NCBI GenBank assembly: GCA_028534125.1
Contig: CM052817.1
Span: 53,136,001 to 53,200,000 of the forward strand
Reading direction: 5' to 3'
Source of the DNA: Lama glama
Lineage: Eukaryota
Length of the DNA: 64,000 nucleotides
In this document: piece by piece, positions 1 through 13,466 of the stretch
How the letters are laid out: each line of letters starts with the position of its first letter
Position numbering within the stretch: position 1 is the first letter of the stretch
Position numbers and translations under genes: made by a program
Notes under the pieces: generated by a model
What the model saw: the letters and a program-made list of their open reading frames with translations, nothing else
Told to the model about the DNA's origin: nothing
Databases searched by the model: none

Positions 1-463
1 CATGTAATGGAATATTACTGAGCTATAAAAAAGAATGAAATGATGCCATTTGCAGCAACATGGATGAATGTAGAGGTTATTATACTCAGAGAAATGATTT
101 ACACAGAGAAAGACATATATATCACTTATGTGTAGAATCTAAAAAAAATGATACAAATGAATATACTTACAAAATAGAAATAGAATCATAGACATAGAAA
201 AGAAATTTACTGTTACCAAAGGAGGAGGTAGGGGTGGGATAAGTTAGGAATATGGTATTAACAGATATATACTACTGTATGTAAAATAGATAAACAACAG
301 GGAACTACTGTATAGCATGGGGAACTATACTCAATATCTTGTAATAACCTATAATGGAAAAGAATCTGAAGAAGAATATATGTATGTATGTATATTTGTA
401 TAACTGAATCACTTTGCTCTACACCTGAAAATAACCTACATTGTAAATCAACTATACTTCAAT
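1..463 (+). mobile_element. LINE-1 3' end (ORF2 C-terminus plus 3' UTR), cut by the window edge
   Basis: Has the L1 ORF2-end motif 'aagaatgaaatgatgccatttgcagcaacatggatg' and 3' UTR motifs 'actgtatagcatggggaactatactcaatatcttgtaataacc' and 'aactatacttcaata', shared with other L1 3' ends in the window. Confidence 0.9.
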
Positions 464-1589
464 AATTTTTTTTTAAATGAGGCTGTTTGGCACTGATTAA
501 AGACCTTGTAAGGAACTCATTTGAGGTAATTACCTTGCATAGAAATGTCAGTCTTTTTATGCCTCATCTCTACCACATTTTAGCCTCCAAGCTTGAGTCA
601 AAGTTCAGCCTATCTCAGATGGATAAGAATTAAATATGAACTTGGTAAGATTTATATACCAAATATTTGCAAGATTTTTATAATTTATTGTGGTAGAAAC
701 AGAAAGTTGTGATAGAAACATAGGAAGTTTCTGTAGAAATAAGCACTGATGATACTGGAATAAGGAGAAAAAATGTATTTCTGTTGGACTTAATCTACTG
801 ATAAAGCACATTTGGTAATGAATGTGGATTTCATGCACTAGCTCATTCAGCAGAGGGCAGGTCTCACATTTTAGTTAGCTGGTTAAATGAAATTTGCATT
901 TATGTGCATTCAGTGCTAATTCAAAACATTCCTTAATGAAATGTAAATATTATAAAGTGTTAAGAAGATAGAAAAGTTGGAGCAGATTTTAAAAGCTCTA
1001 TGGAATCAGCAGGTCTTCAGTTATGTCTAACCGAGAGGGCTTGGAGACCACTTTATTTACCATCACTGAAATATGCATAGGTGAGCAGGTTACCAGCATC
1101 TCTGAAATAGTGCTACTGGCATTATCCTCCATAGGGTGGAAATAAAGATGGGAGATACTGCCACTGAAATGGGTTTCCTAATTTCAGTGAAGATACCAGA
1201 ATCCCAGGATGTCAGAAAGGGGTAGCAGTTATTTCCCAGAAGCAAGAAGTTGATAACCATTATTGACATCAAGGTAAAAGTAGCATTCAGAATAGCTAGC
1301 AAACAGGGATCTTTGGTGTGGTTAAAAGAAGCTCTAGGACTTAAATATAAAGACATCTGTCTTAATTTGGATTCATTCCCTAAAACCCAAGGCTGAGAAC
1401 AAATCTTAAGTGTTAATTCTTTAATAGAGAATGTAATCCCAGGAAAGGAAAAATAAAGGGAAAACTATAAAATGAAGTTGTCCATTTCACCACTTCTATT
1501 CAGTAGCAAGCATTTTCCTGGGCATTCTAAGTAACACGATAATGAACACAAAAAAATGCTGTAATGATCATAAAGGGATTAATCCAGCA

Positions 1590-2420
1590 GCATTTACAGA
1601 AGGAAGAATATATAATAAAACAGAAGAGATCAAAGGCTTAAGAAGCAGGGCATCCAAATATTTGGAGGTTAAAGAGTTTTGGAGAAATGAAAATAGTTGC
1701 GGAAGAAAAAATCGGTAAGATAGGAGGGAAACCAGGAGAGTGTGGTGTCTATCGATACAAGGGAGGTATAAATTTGAAAAAGAAATGAGATCAAACATAT
1801 CAAATGATACTTAGAGCTAAAAAATATTGAGGATTCTGGAAAGATGGGGATCATGAAATCGATAAAAGAAATTTGTGGAGTGGTGGGGGGAAAGTCAAAG
1901 GAAAGGACTCAAGAAATAGGAGGCAAGCAATGAAGACAGAATTAGGGTTAGGATGCAATTTGTTACTTAATACAGGACCCTTTTCTTCTGGAAAAACTCT
2001 GTATCGGATAGTACAACATATCCAAACTGTGACCATCTCAGATAAACTAAAATGTATGATTTAGGCTATGTAGAACACACAGCTTTTTCAATGATTTTTC
2101 TTTAAGTGAGGGAAAGTAAATATGGTGGCAGCAGGAGGGGGGTGGTGGGGCCCAGACGTGTGTGTATGGGGTTTTTTGTTTGCCTGTTTTCATATGGCTG
2201 ATGTAAGTACATGTTTGGATGCTGTTGGAGATGAATCTGTAAAGAGGGAAGAATTATAGATATGTGGAAAATTGCTGGGGCATTGCCAGGAGTAGTCAAG
2301 GATGACTACTGTGCAAGGTAGAAGCATGAATAATCTAGTCATAATAATAAGAAAAGGTAGAGTGTTGGGCACAAGTACTAGTTGGGAAGATGTGGAGACC
2401 TGTGGAAGGTCTCAGTAAAA
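1590..2420 (-). mobile_element. Highly diverged L2-like fragments
   Basis: Purine-rich tract with motifs like the L2 reverse strand ('ggagggaaaccaggagagtgtggtgtc'). Boundaries approximate. Confidence 0.45.
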
Positions 2421-3154
2421 CAGGATTTGAAATCATTACGTAAAATTAAAAGAGTGGATAAAATATTTTATCAGTGTAAAATAGATACGTTTAATGCAAT
2501 CAATAAAGGTTAATATAGGATATGTAATTAATCATTGAAATCTTATTCATATTATAAAGCAAATCGTATTTTCTACAGATTGAAGAAAAATGAGAATATA
2601 TAGTAACAATGGAAGTAATATTGTAAAATATACTTTTATGAGAATATTTTAATACCTTGCTAAACAGAATTCCTTTAAAAACAAGGAAAAGGAAGATATT
2701 GCTATAAATATGCACTTACCACATAAATGAAGCTATTAAAATTGCAAAAGAATATTAATCATGCTGGTACATAAAAACATTTCTAAAAATAGAATAGTTG
2801 CATATTTAATCAGCAATAATCTTTTGATTACTTTGGTTGCAGTATGCAAACATAAAACTCACAAACTACTTGCAGGCAATTAAACTTGGGAGGAAAGTTC
2901 TGAAATTTTAGCAATAAAATTCATGATTTTTGATATAATAAATTCACCTCTAGGATTTTGACCCCAAGAAAGTAATGAGATGCATACAATTACTTCTTTT
3001 TAAGGAAATTACCTATAGCACTCTTTACAATTGTGAAAAATTAGAAAAATCAATGTTTAACAATAGGGAATGCATTAAATAATTGTGTATTAATATATTA
3101 GAATATTCTGCAATTTTAAAATAACTTTAATGACATTGGGAAATGCTTACAGTG

Positions 3155-3535
3155 TGTTTTGAACTGATTTGTTCCCCCCAAATTTTATATGTTGACCTCC
3201 TAACCCCCAGTGTACTTGAGAATATGATTATTTGGAGATAAAGCCTTTTAAAAGATGTAATTATGGTTAAATGAGGTTATGTGGGTAGATCCTAATATAA
3301 TATGGCTAATGTCCTTATAAAAAGAGGGAGAGACACCAGGGGTGTATGAGCACAGAGGAAAGTCCACGTGAGATGACAGCTACAAGCAAACCAAGAAGAC
3401 TCACAAGAAATCAATCCTGCTGACATCTCCATCTTGGACTTGTAGCCTCTAGGACTATGAGAAAATAAAAGTGTTGCTGTTGGAGCCACCCAGTCTGAAA
3501 TGTTTTACTATGTCAGGCTGAGCAAACACAATACA
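3155..3535 (+). mobile_element. MaLR solo LTR (MLT1-type)
   Basis: TG...CA termini; start 'tgttttgaactgatttgttccccccaaattttatatgttga', AATAAA near 3465, end 'caaacacaataca'. Flanks cagtg (3150-3154) and cagtc (3536-3540) fit a 5-bp TSD with one mismatch. Confidence 0.85.
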
Positions 3536-4730
3536 CAGTCTATTGTTAACCCTATCAATAGTGTGATCACAACTTTCAAAATGCATAATTTTTTCCATCT
3601 GTCTGATGTCCAGATTGATGTACAGGCCAATGAATGAAAGGAATAAATGTAGAAAAGAATGGAAGGAAAGAAGGAAGAAAAAGAAGATAGGAAGGGTGAA
3701 AAGGATAGCTGTGTAGATTTACAAAGTATATATCAAGACTGTGAGAATTAGAGATGGATTATTGTCTTTATTTTCTTTTATTTTTTCTTTATGTTTTAAA
3801 GTATAGTTGATTTACAATATTGTGTTAGTCTCAGATGTACAGCAAAGTGATGCAGATATATATATATACTTTTTCAGATTATTTTCCATTATAAATTATT
3901 ATAAGTTATTGAATATAGTTTCCTGTGCCATACATTAAATCCCTATTACTTACCTATTTCATTTATAGTATTTTGAATCTCTTAACACATACTTCTAATT
4001 TATCCCTCCCATACTCTTAATTTATCACTCCTCTCCTCCTTTTCCCCTTTGGTAACCATAAGTGTGTTTTCTATGTCTGTGAATCTTTCTGTTTTGTGTA
4101 TAGATTCATTTATATTATTTTTTATATTCTACATATAAGTGATATTGTATTGATACTTGTCTTTATCTGACTTACTTCACTTAGTATGATATTCTCTAGG
4201 TCCATCATGTTGCTATAAATGATAATATTTCATTCTTTTTTATGATTGAGTAGTACACCATTGTACATATATATCACATCTACATAAACCAATCATCTGT
4301 GATGAGCATGTGGGTTGTCTCCATGTCTGGCTATGTAAATAGTCCTGCTATGAACATTAGGGTTCATGTATCTTATTGAGTTAGAGTTTTTATCTAATAT
4401 GCCCAGGGATTTCTAGGTAATATGGTAACTCTATTTTTACTTTTTTAAAGAAAGTCCATACTGTTTTCCATAGTGGCTATACCAATTTACTTTTCCATCA
4501 ACAGTGTAGGAAAGTAGTCTTTTCACCGCACCCTCTCCAGCATTTACTATTTGTACACTTTCTGATGATAGCCTTTCTAGCTGGTATGAACTGATATCTC
4601 ATTGTGGTTTTGATTTGCATTTCTCTAATGATTAGCAACGTTGAGCGTCTTTTCATGTGCGTATTGACCTTTTGTATGCCTTTTTGGACAAATGTCCAGT
4701 TAGGTCTTCTGTTCATTTTTTTATTGGATT

Positions 4731-4813
4731 TAAAATTTTTTTTTCTTTATTGAAGTTTAGTCAGCTTATAATGTGTCAATTACTGGGGTACAGCATAATG
4801 TTTCAGTTATATA
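4731..4813 (-). mobile_element. ~80-bp L1 3' terminal fragment replacing part of the L1-1 ORF2
   Basis: Poly-T plus 'tttattgaagtttagtcagcttataatgtgtc...ggtacagcataatgtttcagtt' resembles the L1 terminus at 14390-14455. The host lacks ~530 bp present in the paralogue at ~15945-16477. Confidence 0.7.
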
Positions 4814-7020
4814 TGTGTGCCAATACCACATTGTTTTGATTACTATAGCTTTGTAGTATTATCTGAAGTCTGGATGGGTTTTGTCTCCAGCTTTGTTCTT
4901 TTTCCTCAAGATTGCTTTGGCAATTCTGTGTCTTTTATAATTCTGTATAAATTTTAGGATTATTTGTTCCAGTTCTGTGAAAAATGTCATGGATAGTTTG
5001 ATAGGGATTACATTAAACCTGTAGATGGCTTTGGATGGTATGGCTATTTAAAAAATATTAATTCTTCCAATCCAAGAGCATGGGATATATTTCCATTTAT
5101 TTGAATCATTTTCAATTTCCGTTATCAATGTTTTATAATTTTCAGCATATAGATCCTTTATTTCCTTGGTTAACTTTATTCCTAGTTTTTTTTAATGTGA
5201 TTTTAAACAGGACTGTTTTACTTTCTGTTACATTTTGTTGTTAGTGTAAATAAATGCAACAGATTTTTGTATGTTAATCTAGTATAATGCTCCCTTGCTA
5301 AATTCATTTATTAGTTCTAACAGTTTCTGTGTGGTGTCTTTAGGGTTCTCCATATAGAGTATCATGTCATCTGCAAATAGTGACAATTTTACCTCTTTAC
5401 TTCTAATTTGGATACCTTTTATTTATGTTTTCTGCCTAATTGCTGTGACTAGAACCTCCAACACTATGGTGAATAGAAGTAGTGAGAGTGTGCATCCTTG
5501 TCTTTTTCCTTAGTTTAGCAGTAAGGCTATCAGCTTTTCACCACTGAATATTGTTTTGGCTCTGGGTTATCATAAATGTTTTAAATTATGTTGAGATATG
5601 TTCCCCCTATACCCACTTTGGTGACAGTTTTTATCATGAATGGATGTTGAATTTTATGAAATGCTTTTTAGGTGTCTATTGAGATGATCATGTGGTTTTT
5701 GTTTTTTCTTTTGTTAATGAGGTACATCACATTGATTTGTGTATATAGAACCATACATGCGACCTTGGAATGAAACCAACTTGATCGTGGTGTATGACCC
5801 TTTCTGTGTATTGTTGAATTTGGTTTCCTAATATGTTGTTGAGGATTTTTGTATCTATATTCATCAAAGATACTGTCCTATAATTTTATTTATTTTTATT
5901 GTCTTTGGTTTTGCTATCAGGGTGATGGTGGCTTCATAGAATGATTTTAGGAGTGTTCCCTTATTGTCAGGCTTTTGAAAGTATTTCAGAAGGATCAGTG
6001 TAAGTTTTTCTTTGCGTATTTGGTAGAATTCCAAAGTGAAGCCATCCAATCTTGGATTTTTGTTTGAAGGTTGTTTTTTTTTTTTAATGACAGTTTTTAT
6101 TTTATTTTTAGTGACAGATGTATTCAAATTACATGTTTCTTCTTGACTCAGTTTTGGCAGACTGTGTTTCTAGAAACTTGTCCATTTCTTCTAGATTGTC
6201 TAAATTGTTGGTTTGTAACTGTTCATAGTATTTTCTTAAGATTTTTTGTAATTTTGTAATTGGTATCAATGTGTTTTTTTTCTCTCTGATTTCATTGTTG
6301 ACTCATTAGTTTTTTATTAGCATGTTGTTTAGTCTCCATGTGTTTGTTTTTTTCTCATTTTTCTTTGTGATTGATTGCTAGTTTCATACCATCGTGGTCA
6401 GAAAAGATGCTAAATTTCTGTTCTCTTACATTTATTGAGGTGTGTTTTGTGACCTAGTATGTGGTCTATCCTGGAGAATGTTTCACATGCACTTGAAAAC
6501 TTGAAATCTGTTTGTTTGTTTGTGTGTTTCGTGGTTATTTTTTTGGACGTAGCATCCTTAGATACTAATTAAGTCTAACTGTTCTATTGTGTCATTTAGG
6601 ATCTCTGTTTTATTGGTTTTATTTCTGGGAAATCTGTCCATTGATGCTGGTGAGTTGTTAAAGTCTCCTACTATTATTGTTAGTGTAAATTTCTCCCTTT
6701 ATGTCTGTTTGTATTTTATGTATTTAGGTGCTCCTATATTGTGTGCATATATATTAAAAAGTGTAAGATCCTCTTTTTGTATTGAATCCTTTATCATTAC
6801 TTAATGCTCTTCTTTGTCTTTCTTGATGGCTTTTGTTTTATGTCTATTTTGTCTGATATGAGTATTGCTACCCCCACTTATTTGTTTCTGTTTCCATGAA
6901 ATATATTTTTCTATCCCCTCACTTTCAATTTGTGTGTGTTCTTCCCACTAAGATGACTCTCTTGTAGGCCAAATATTCTGGGGTCTTGTTTTTTTTAAAT
7001 CCAATCCACCATTCTGTCTT

Positions 7021-7526
7021 TTTTTTTTTTTCTACAAAAAGTGTAAAGAGTTTTTTTTATTGGGTAACATAATTTAAGTCAATAAACTTTTTAAGAATTT
7101 AACACATGTTCTGATTCTTTCCATTGCCCATCAATCCTTAGTTCCTCCAATGTCTGAGTCATATAATCTTCAAGGCAGCCCTTTCAATGATTTTTGGTCA
7201 ATCAATAGTTGTCAGTCAGCCCTATACAACCTGTAATCTTTGGGATCCAATTTTCTCAAGCAATATACTTCAGGACTATTACGTATTTGGGGTCAGGGAA
7301 GATTGATCTGCCTGGTTCTGAATTTCAGACACCCTAAGCTTATCACACCTTAGAACAGTACTGATTGTTGTCAATACCTAAGATAAAAAAGTCTGACTGT
7401 TAGGTTTTTCATAGTTTATTTAGCAGCTGTCTTGTAGTTCTTTCCACAGATCTAACATGTAGTTCTGTGAGTAAAGGAAACCACATAGTTACTCTGTGAG
7501 GCGTTTCCAATGATGTAGGTCTACGG
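7021..7526 (-). pseudogene. Polyadenylated non-L1 retrocopy, source RNA unidentified
   Basis: Flanked by the direct repeat ccaccattctgtcttt (~7006-7021 and 7527-7542). Poly-A on the minus strand with AATAAA ~25 nt upstream. It interrupts the L1-1 endonuclease region. Confidence 0.85.
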
Positions 7527-10510
7527 CCACCATTCTGTCTTTTGATCAGAACATTTAGTCCATTAATATTTAAAGTAATTATTGATAGGTGTGTACTTAT
7601 TGCCATTTTAAACCTTGTTTTCCAGTTGATTTTGTAGTTCTTCTTTGTTCCTTTCTTTTTCCTTTTATGGTTTGATGGTTTTCTTTTGTATTATGCTTAC
7701 ATTTCTTTCTTTTTGGTTGTTGTGAATCTATTGTATATTTTTGATTGGTAGTTACCCTGGTTTTCAAGTATGTTAACCTGTAACTTTATCTACTTGCTTT
7801 AAACTGATAATCATGTAAGTTCAAATATTCTAAAAGATCTAAAGTATTTTTACTCCCATCTCCCACATTTTTTTATTTTGATGTCCTATTTTACATCTTC
7901 ATGTTTATCCTTTTTCTCTTAATTGTGGTTATAATTGCTTCTACAAATTTTTTAAGTTGTTTTTGAAACTATGTACTGGCTTATTTAAGTCATCTTGAAT
8001 CCTTTTTTATATTTGCTTTTACTATTGTGATTTTCCCCTTTCCTATAGATTCTTGCTGCTTTTCTATTTAGAGAAGGCTTTTGAATGTTTCTTTTAGTTA
8101 AGGGTTTGTATTGCTGTGTTCTTTTAGTTTTGCTTGTCATACTTTCTATTCTAAATGATAATTTTGCTGGGTAGAGTATCCTAGGTATTTCCCCTTCAGG
8201 ACTTTGAATATATCATGCAAGTCTCTTCTGCATAGTTTCTGCATAGAAATCTAATAGCTTTATACAAGTTATCTTATAACTTACTGTTTCTTTCTTGCTG
8301 TCTTTAGAATCTTGTCTTTACTTTTAACTTTTGCCATTTTAGTTATGATATGTCTTGGTGTGGGTCTGTTTGGGTTCATTTTGTTTGGGACCCTCTGTGG
8401 TTAATGTTTGGAATATTTTCAGCCATAATTTCATCAAGTACATTTTCAATCCTCTTCTCTCTCCTCCTTCTGGAACCTCTATTTATGGATAGATTGGTAT
8501 ACTTTATATTTTCCCATAGATCTCATATGTTGCTTTCATTTTTTTATTTGTCTTTGTCTGCTGTTCTTGTAGGGTGATTTTCATTATTCTATCTTCTGGA
8601 TCACTTACTTATTCTTTTGCATTATTTAGTCTGCTATTCATTAATTCTAGATTCCTTTTTATCTTGACAATTTAGTTGTCTAATTTGGATTGGTTTCTCT
8701 TTATAGTTTCCAGCTCTTTGTTACAGTTATCTGCATTTCTGTCAATAATCTTAATTATTTTGTGGTTTTTATTACCTCTTTTTTGAACTTGGGCAGACTA
8801 GTAGACTGAGGTCTGTTTCTTTTTTTTTTCCCCAGGAGATTTCTCTTGTTCATTAATTGGTAGTTCCTCCACTTTTTCATTTTACTTAACTTTCTCTGTC
8901 TCTATGAATTTATGGAAAAAAAAGTTATCTACTGTGGTCTTAAAAGGATGTTTTTATGTGGGAACATCCCTGTGTAAATGGTATGAGTCCAGTATTTTGA
9001 TGCAAAGTCTGTTTTTGGTATTGATACCAACTGCATCATTCCTCAGAGTGTGCTGGTTGTTATCCCCTTGATTGGGGTGTGATTGGTGTTTTAGTGTCCA
9101 GAGCCTGCGCTAGATATGTGAGACCGCCTCTTTGCTTCATGTCTCCCACCTACCTGTCAGGGGTAGGGTCTGCTCCTCAGTTGTTGAAGTAAAAGCCCTG
9201 AGGGTCAGGTTCAATAGGCTGTGTTGCCCTTAGGGACATGATCTGTCCCAATGGAGATGAGCACTGAAACAAGTGAGGTCTACATACGCACAGTGAACCT
9301 ATGTACTGCCCATGCAGGCATCCATTATTCTGCCCAGAAATAGCCTAATATTGTGTCCCTTTCTCTGTTATGTTTGTCCCAAACCTAGTGCTAGTCTGAT
9401 GCTGAGTGCCTGGGAGCTGTGGCTGCAGAAATTAGAGGTAGTTGTGCTGCTGCCTAGGATTTGAGCTGCCTCTATGGCAGGGCTCTCCCAGGGTCTGTCT
9501 GCTCCGTATCTGGCTTTAAGCTGCAGTGTGTGGTGGGTAGAATTGAAACACTCCTGCCAGGAAATGGAGCACTGAATATTCCTCCCCAGGGGCTATTCAT
9601 GTAAGATATGTGATTCTATGCTGCCACCCAGTGTTTGTGGCAACAAAGTCCACCATTGCCAGACCCACCCCACCATACAATCACTGATGTGCTTCCAGGT
9701 CGGCTCTGCCCCTGTTGTGTGGGCACCCACAAAGTCCACTGCCACCAAACCTGGGTCTTGCCATGCACATGCTGATAGTGGGCTCTGAGGTTCAGCTCAG
9801 ATCACACCCCGGGTCCTCCAGATTGTCTCAACACAGCTAGGCTCAATCCTCCCAGGGTTTTTCTGCCCAAGATTCAGTGCCTAGCCACAGTGTGTACTAG
9901 CAGCCCTGCCCAGTGTGTGTTTTGGGCTGGGAGGTGCAGTGAGGTGGCAGAAGTCAGTGCTGGTCTCTTTCAAGTCTGATGGCTCACAAGCCAGAATGTA
10001 CACTCTCCTCATGATCAGAGTCCTGGCTCCTCTAGTCCCTTTATATGTCCTGGTGGACCTCCCAATAGGCGAGAGCACTTCTCAGGGTGAGGGCCTAACA
10101 GTGTGGACGTTCCCTCTTTCACAGATCCTCCCAGGGGTTCTGGTCCCAACCTGAAGCCTTCTCTGTGCCCCCCAATTCTACCCGGTTATGTGGGGATATT
10201 TCTTGCAGCTTTGGTTTTATGAGATTGTCTGCCAGTTTACAGTTGGATTTTTTGTGTGAATTGTTCCACATGAGATGTGTTTTTGATGTTTTTGTAGTGG
10301 GAGGTTATCTCCTCTCCCTCCTACATCAACATCTTGACACCCTCCCCCCCAAATTATTTTTTCTTTATCTTATTTCAAGTATAATATCAGTAATATGTAT
10401 ACATCATATTTAAAACTACTTTAAGGACAAAAGATATCTTTGTGACATAGTTCAATTTTAAGTTTCAGTAACACTCTCCACTATGCATCACTTTTGTTGT
10501 TGTTTTACGG

Positions 10511-10661
10511 TCAAGCACGTAAGGGAGATAACCACAATGGTAAAGATACTAAAACAATGTTTCAGTTAAATTAATCTAAATGCTACTCTGAAGACGCTAA
10601 AACATTTGCCAGTCTGCGATGTTAATAGCAGACAAGAATGGTATCATAATGTGAAACCTAG
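10511..10661 (+). pseudogene. Candidate decayed exon P1
   Basis: T-rich tract ending CGG (not CAG); donor AG|GTAGGC; phase 1 to 2; KHVREITTMVKILKQCFS*INLNATLKTLKHLPVCDVNSRQEWYHNVKP. Confidence 0.25.
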
Positions 10662-10816
10662 GTAGGCTTTCTTACATTTTGGTTAGGGTGAAATATTCTA
10701 ATCAAGAACTTTCATACTCCATTTCATATGCCTCATTCAACTCAGATTTATTATAATGTTAGTGATGTCTTAAATATTTACCTACAAAAGTGTGAGTCTC
10801 TGTGCCTGCATTACAG

Positions 10817-10994
10817 TATGGTTTTCATATTTTGGCCATCAGAGCTAGTTGAACAGTCTGTATATTTGGTCACTGAATATTAGTGTGTTGCCACTTAAGC
10901 ACTCAGTGAAAATGAGCGATCTACAAAGCATCTCTGAGTTTTGTGTCTAGCAACCTATATTAATGTTCAGGCTAACCAGTTTTGACATAGAAAA
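10817..10994 (+). pseudogene. Candidate decayed exon P2
   Basis: Acceptor ttacAG; donor AAA|GTAAGC; phase 2 to 0; MVFIFWPSELVEQSVYLVTEY*CVAT*ALSENERSTKHL*VLCLATYINVQANQF*HRK. Confidence 0.28.
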
Positions 10995-13320
10995 GTAAGC
11001 AAAGAAACTGCCACAAAACATCAAAGAAAGAACACCATTTTAGAAGTTAAAATCCAAGCTTTGGAATGGTCTTAAGATTCCTTCAAGGGAAATGTCCAGG
11101 GGGAAGTCTAGAAAATGGAGTAAAGAGCATGTAATTAGCATTATGTGTGAGTCTTAATGATATTATAAATGTGTATATATCATTGCCGTCTAGAAGTACA
11201 GTCCAACAATTGAATCAGGTCTAAGACACTGGTCTGAGAGAGGTCATTATTTGAGAATTAGGAATGAAGAGAATTATTACCTGTGTAAAAATACGTGGAA
11301 AAACTCTCCAAGAGAAATTCTTGTAAGAACATAAAAATGCTTTCAAGTATATTTGTGATTGATGACTATGTTTTTCAATGTGAGAATACAATTATGAAGA
11401 CTCTTCAGTTTTTACTGAGATTTGCTTCATTTTCAAAAAAATGAAAGAAAAACCTTAATATTTTTCTATATTTTGAGGAACCAGTTATTAACTTGAAGGT
11501 GCCCATCCTACTTTGCATCTTAAATACAATTGAAAAAATGAAAAAAATACACAGGGAAAGCAAATCATTGAATCAAAGTGTATTTTACTCAGGGATTGAA
11601 CAAACATTTCTTCTAATTATAATAAAGTAAACTTCACATCCTAAACTAAAACTCTTTGCAGAAGTAGAGGGTCCAGCTTCAAAAGTACAGATTGAAAATG
11701 TGGCATCTGACAGTCCCATCATTCTAAAGCATTGTTTTATGACCTGCCTGTATTTAATAATAGTTCTTTGGAGGCTCATAACCCTTTTTGTGATTTACTG
11801 TGGTTATCCCTTACACCACCTGTGCATGGTATTAATTAACAACTGGGAAGACAATGTTATAAAAATGAAAGATTTTCTTTGTCATTGGGGGAAAAAAGGC
11901 ACTTGGTAAGTTCTTTGTTCATCAAAGTTTGGTGATGCTCCAACTACTTGTCCCAAGGCTAGCGTTTTATATCTCCACAGCTTGAAGCAGTAGAGCAGCT
12001 GAAAGATAACACTTGCAATTTCAATAGTCAGCTTGGTTATATAATCATGCGCTTCTGTCCACTTGAATTAAGTGTGCTTAGAGACCCGAATGGCTTGTGC
12101 ATCCTTTTAAGCCAAGGATTGAAATAAACAGCTAGCAAGACTTCATGCTAGCTGTTAATCTACTAAATAGTCCATTAGTATCTGTCACTTCATATTAACT
12201 GAGCGTCTTTATGGTTATCATGTTTTTAAGCACACTGACTTACAGATTAACTTATAGATTCCCAGAAAATATCCATCTTGAAAATTTTATATATAAAAGG
12301 TATTTTTCTCCACATTTAAGTCCCATAAAATGAGCTTTGTTATGACAAACATAAGCTAGAATGAAGTAACAGCTTGAAAGTTTTTAACTTCCTACTATTG
12401 AGGAAATGGAAAAACTAAAATAGGAAGTCATTTAGCACATTTTATCAAGTAACTTTTATTAACAATGCTTTCATATGCTTCTGAGCATTCAAACATTGTT
12501 AATCCTTCAAACTGGGGCACTGTTAACTGAGTTCTATATTTAAAAAAATCAGAAGTATACAAGATTTTTGTAACATTTGAAATTAAGCTGAAGTATATAC
12601 AGATATAGTCTTTATTTTCTCTCCTATTTCCTAACCTTCCTTAAAGTGATCAAAGTTAACAACCTGGTTTATAATTTTCTACTTTTTCTATGTATGTACA
12701 AAACTAAAACATACATATAACACATGCATTTGGTTTCTTTTATCTGATTTTAATAAAAATGGGATCAAAATCCATAGTATCATGAAAAATTTTTACAGTT
12801 AATATATCTAGATTACTTATTTTAATAGCTGCATAGTACATAATTTATTATTAATATTTTCTATTGACTTACATAATTTATTGGTATAATTTCTATTTAT
12901 TTACAATTAGATTTGTAAAAACACTGTAAAATCAAACATATACGTGTGTGCGTTTAGGTATATATATTTTCATACTTTGTATAGGTCAGATTAACCAGGT
13001 GGCAATTGTTTGGTCAGAAATATATGCATTTTTAATAACTACTGTCAAGTAATTTCCAAATTTAATGAGGAAATTCACATTTATATGGAAAACAATTTCT
13101 TCACGTGCACTGCAGCACTGGAATACAAAAAAAATCCATTTTTAAAAAGTTGGAATTGGATGGCATCATGGAATTCTACTTATAATTTAAAGAATTTAAG
13201 AAATATAATAGCTAAGATAAATTCTGCACTTTACATAGAATTTTATCCAAATTTTGAGAATTTTGTGCTATATTAAAATTTTAGAAAATACTCTTTTTTG
13301 CTCCTTTAAATCACTTTCAG

Positions 13321-13466
13321 GTGTGGGTTCTGGAAAAGGGGATGGAAACACTATTGAACAGCAATCATATCTGAACTGATAACTTGGGAACAAAAGCATT
13401 GATCCATATATTCTCACCATCTAATGAGAGATACATCATAACAAAGATAGATGGCATTTAAGACAA
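13321..13466 (+). pseudogene. Candidate decayed exon P3
   Basis: Strong acceptor ctcttttttgctcctttaaatcactttcAG and donor CAA|GTAAGT; phase 0 to 2; VWVLEKGMETLLNSNHI*TDNLGTKALIHIFSPSNERYIITKIDGI*D. Confidence 0.33.

Larger units (their letters stand above)
3772..10350 (-). mobile_element. Near-full-length degenerate LINE-1 (L1-1)
   Basis: On the plus strand, in order: poly-T, 3' UTR, ORF2 fragments ([11 protein letters not shown] 4498-4716; linker 5864-6127; MAISTHLSIITLNINGLN ~7606), spacer, ORF1 remnant and GC-richer 5' UTR ending near 10350. Many stops and frameshifts. Confidence 0.92.

Noticed and set aside
914..1080. Plus-strand exon-like segment with donor AG|GTGAGC
   Set aside because: Five stops in the best frame and a phase that does not match the next candidate exon.
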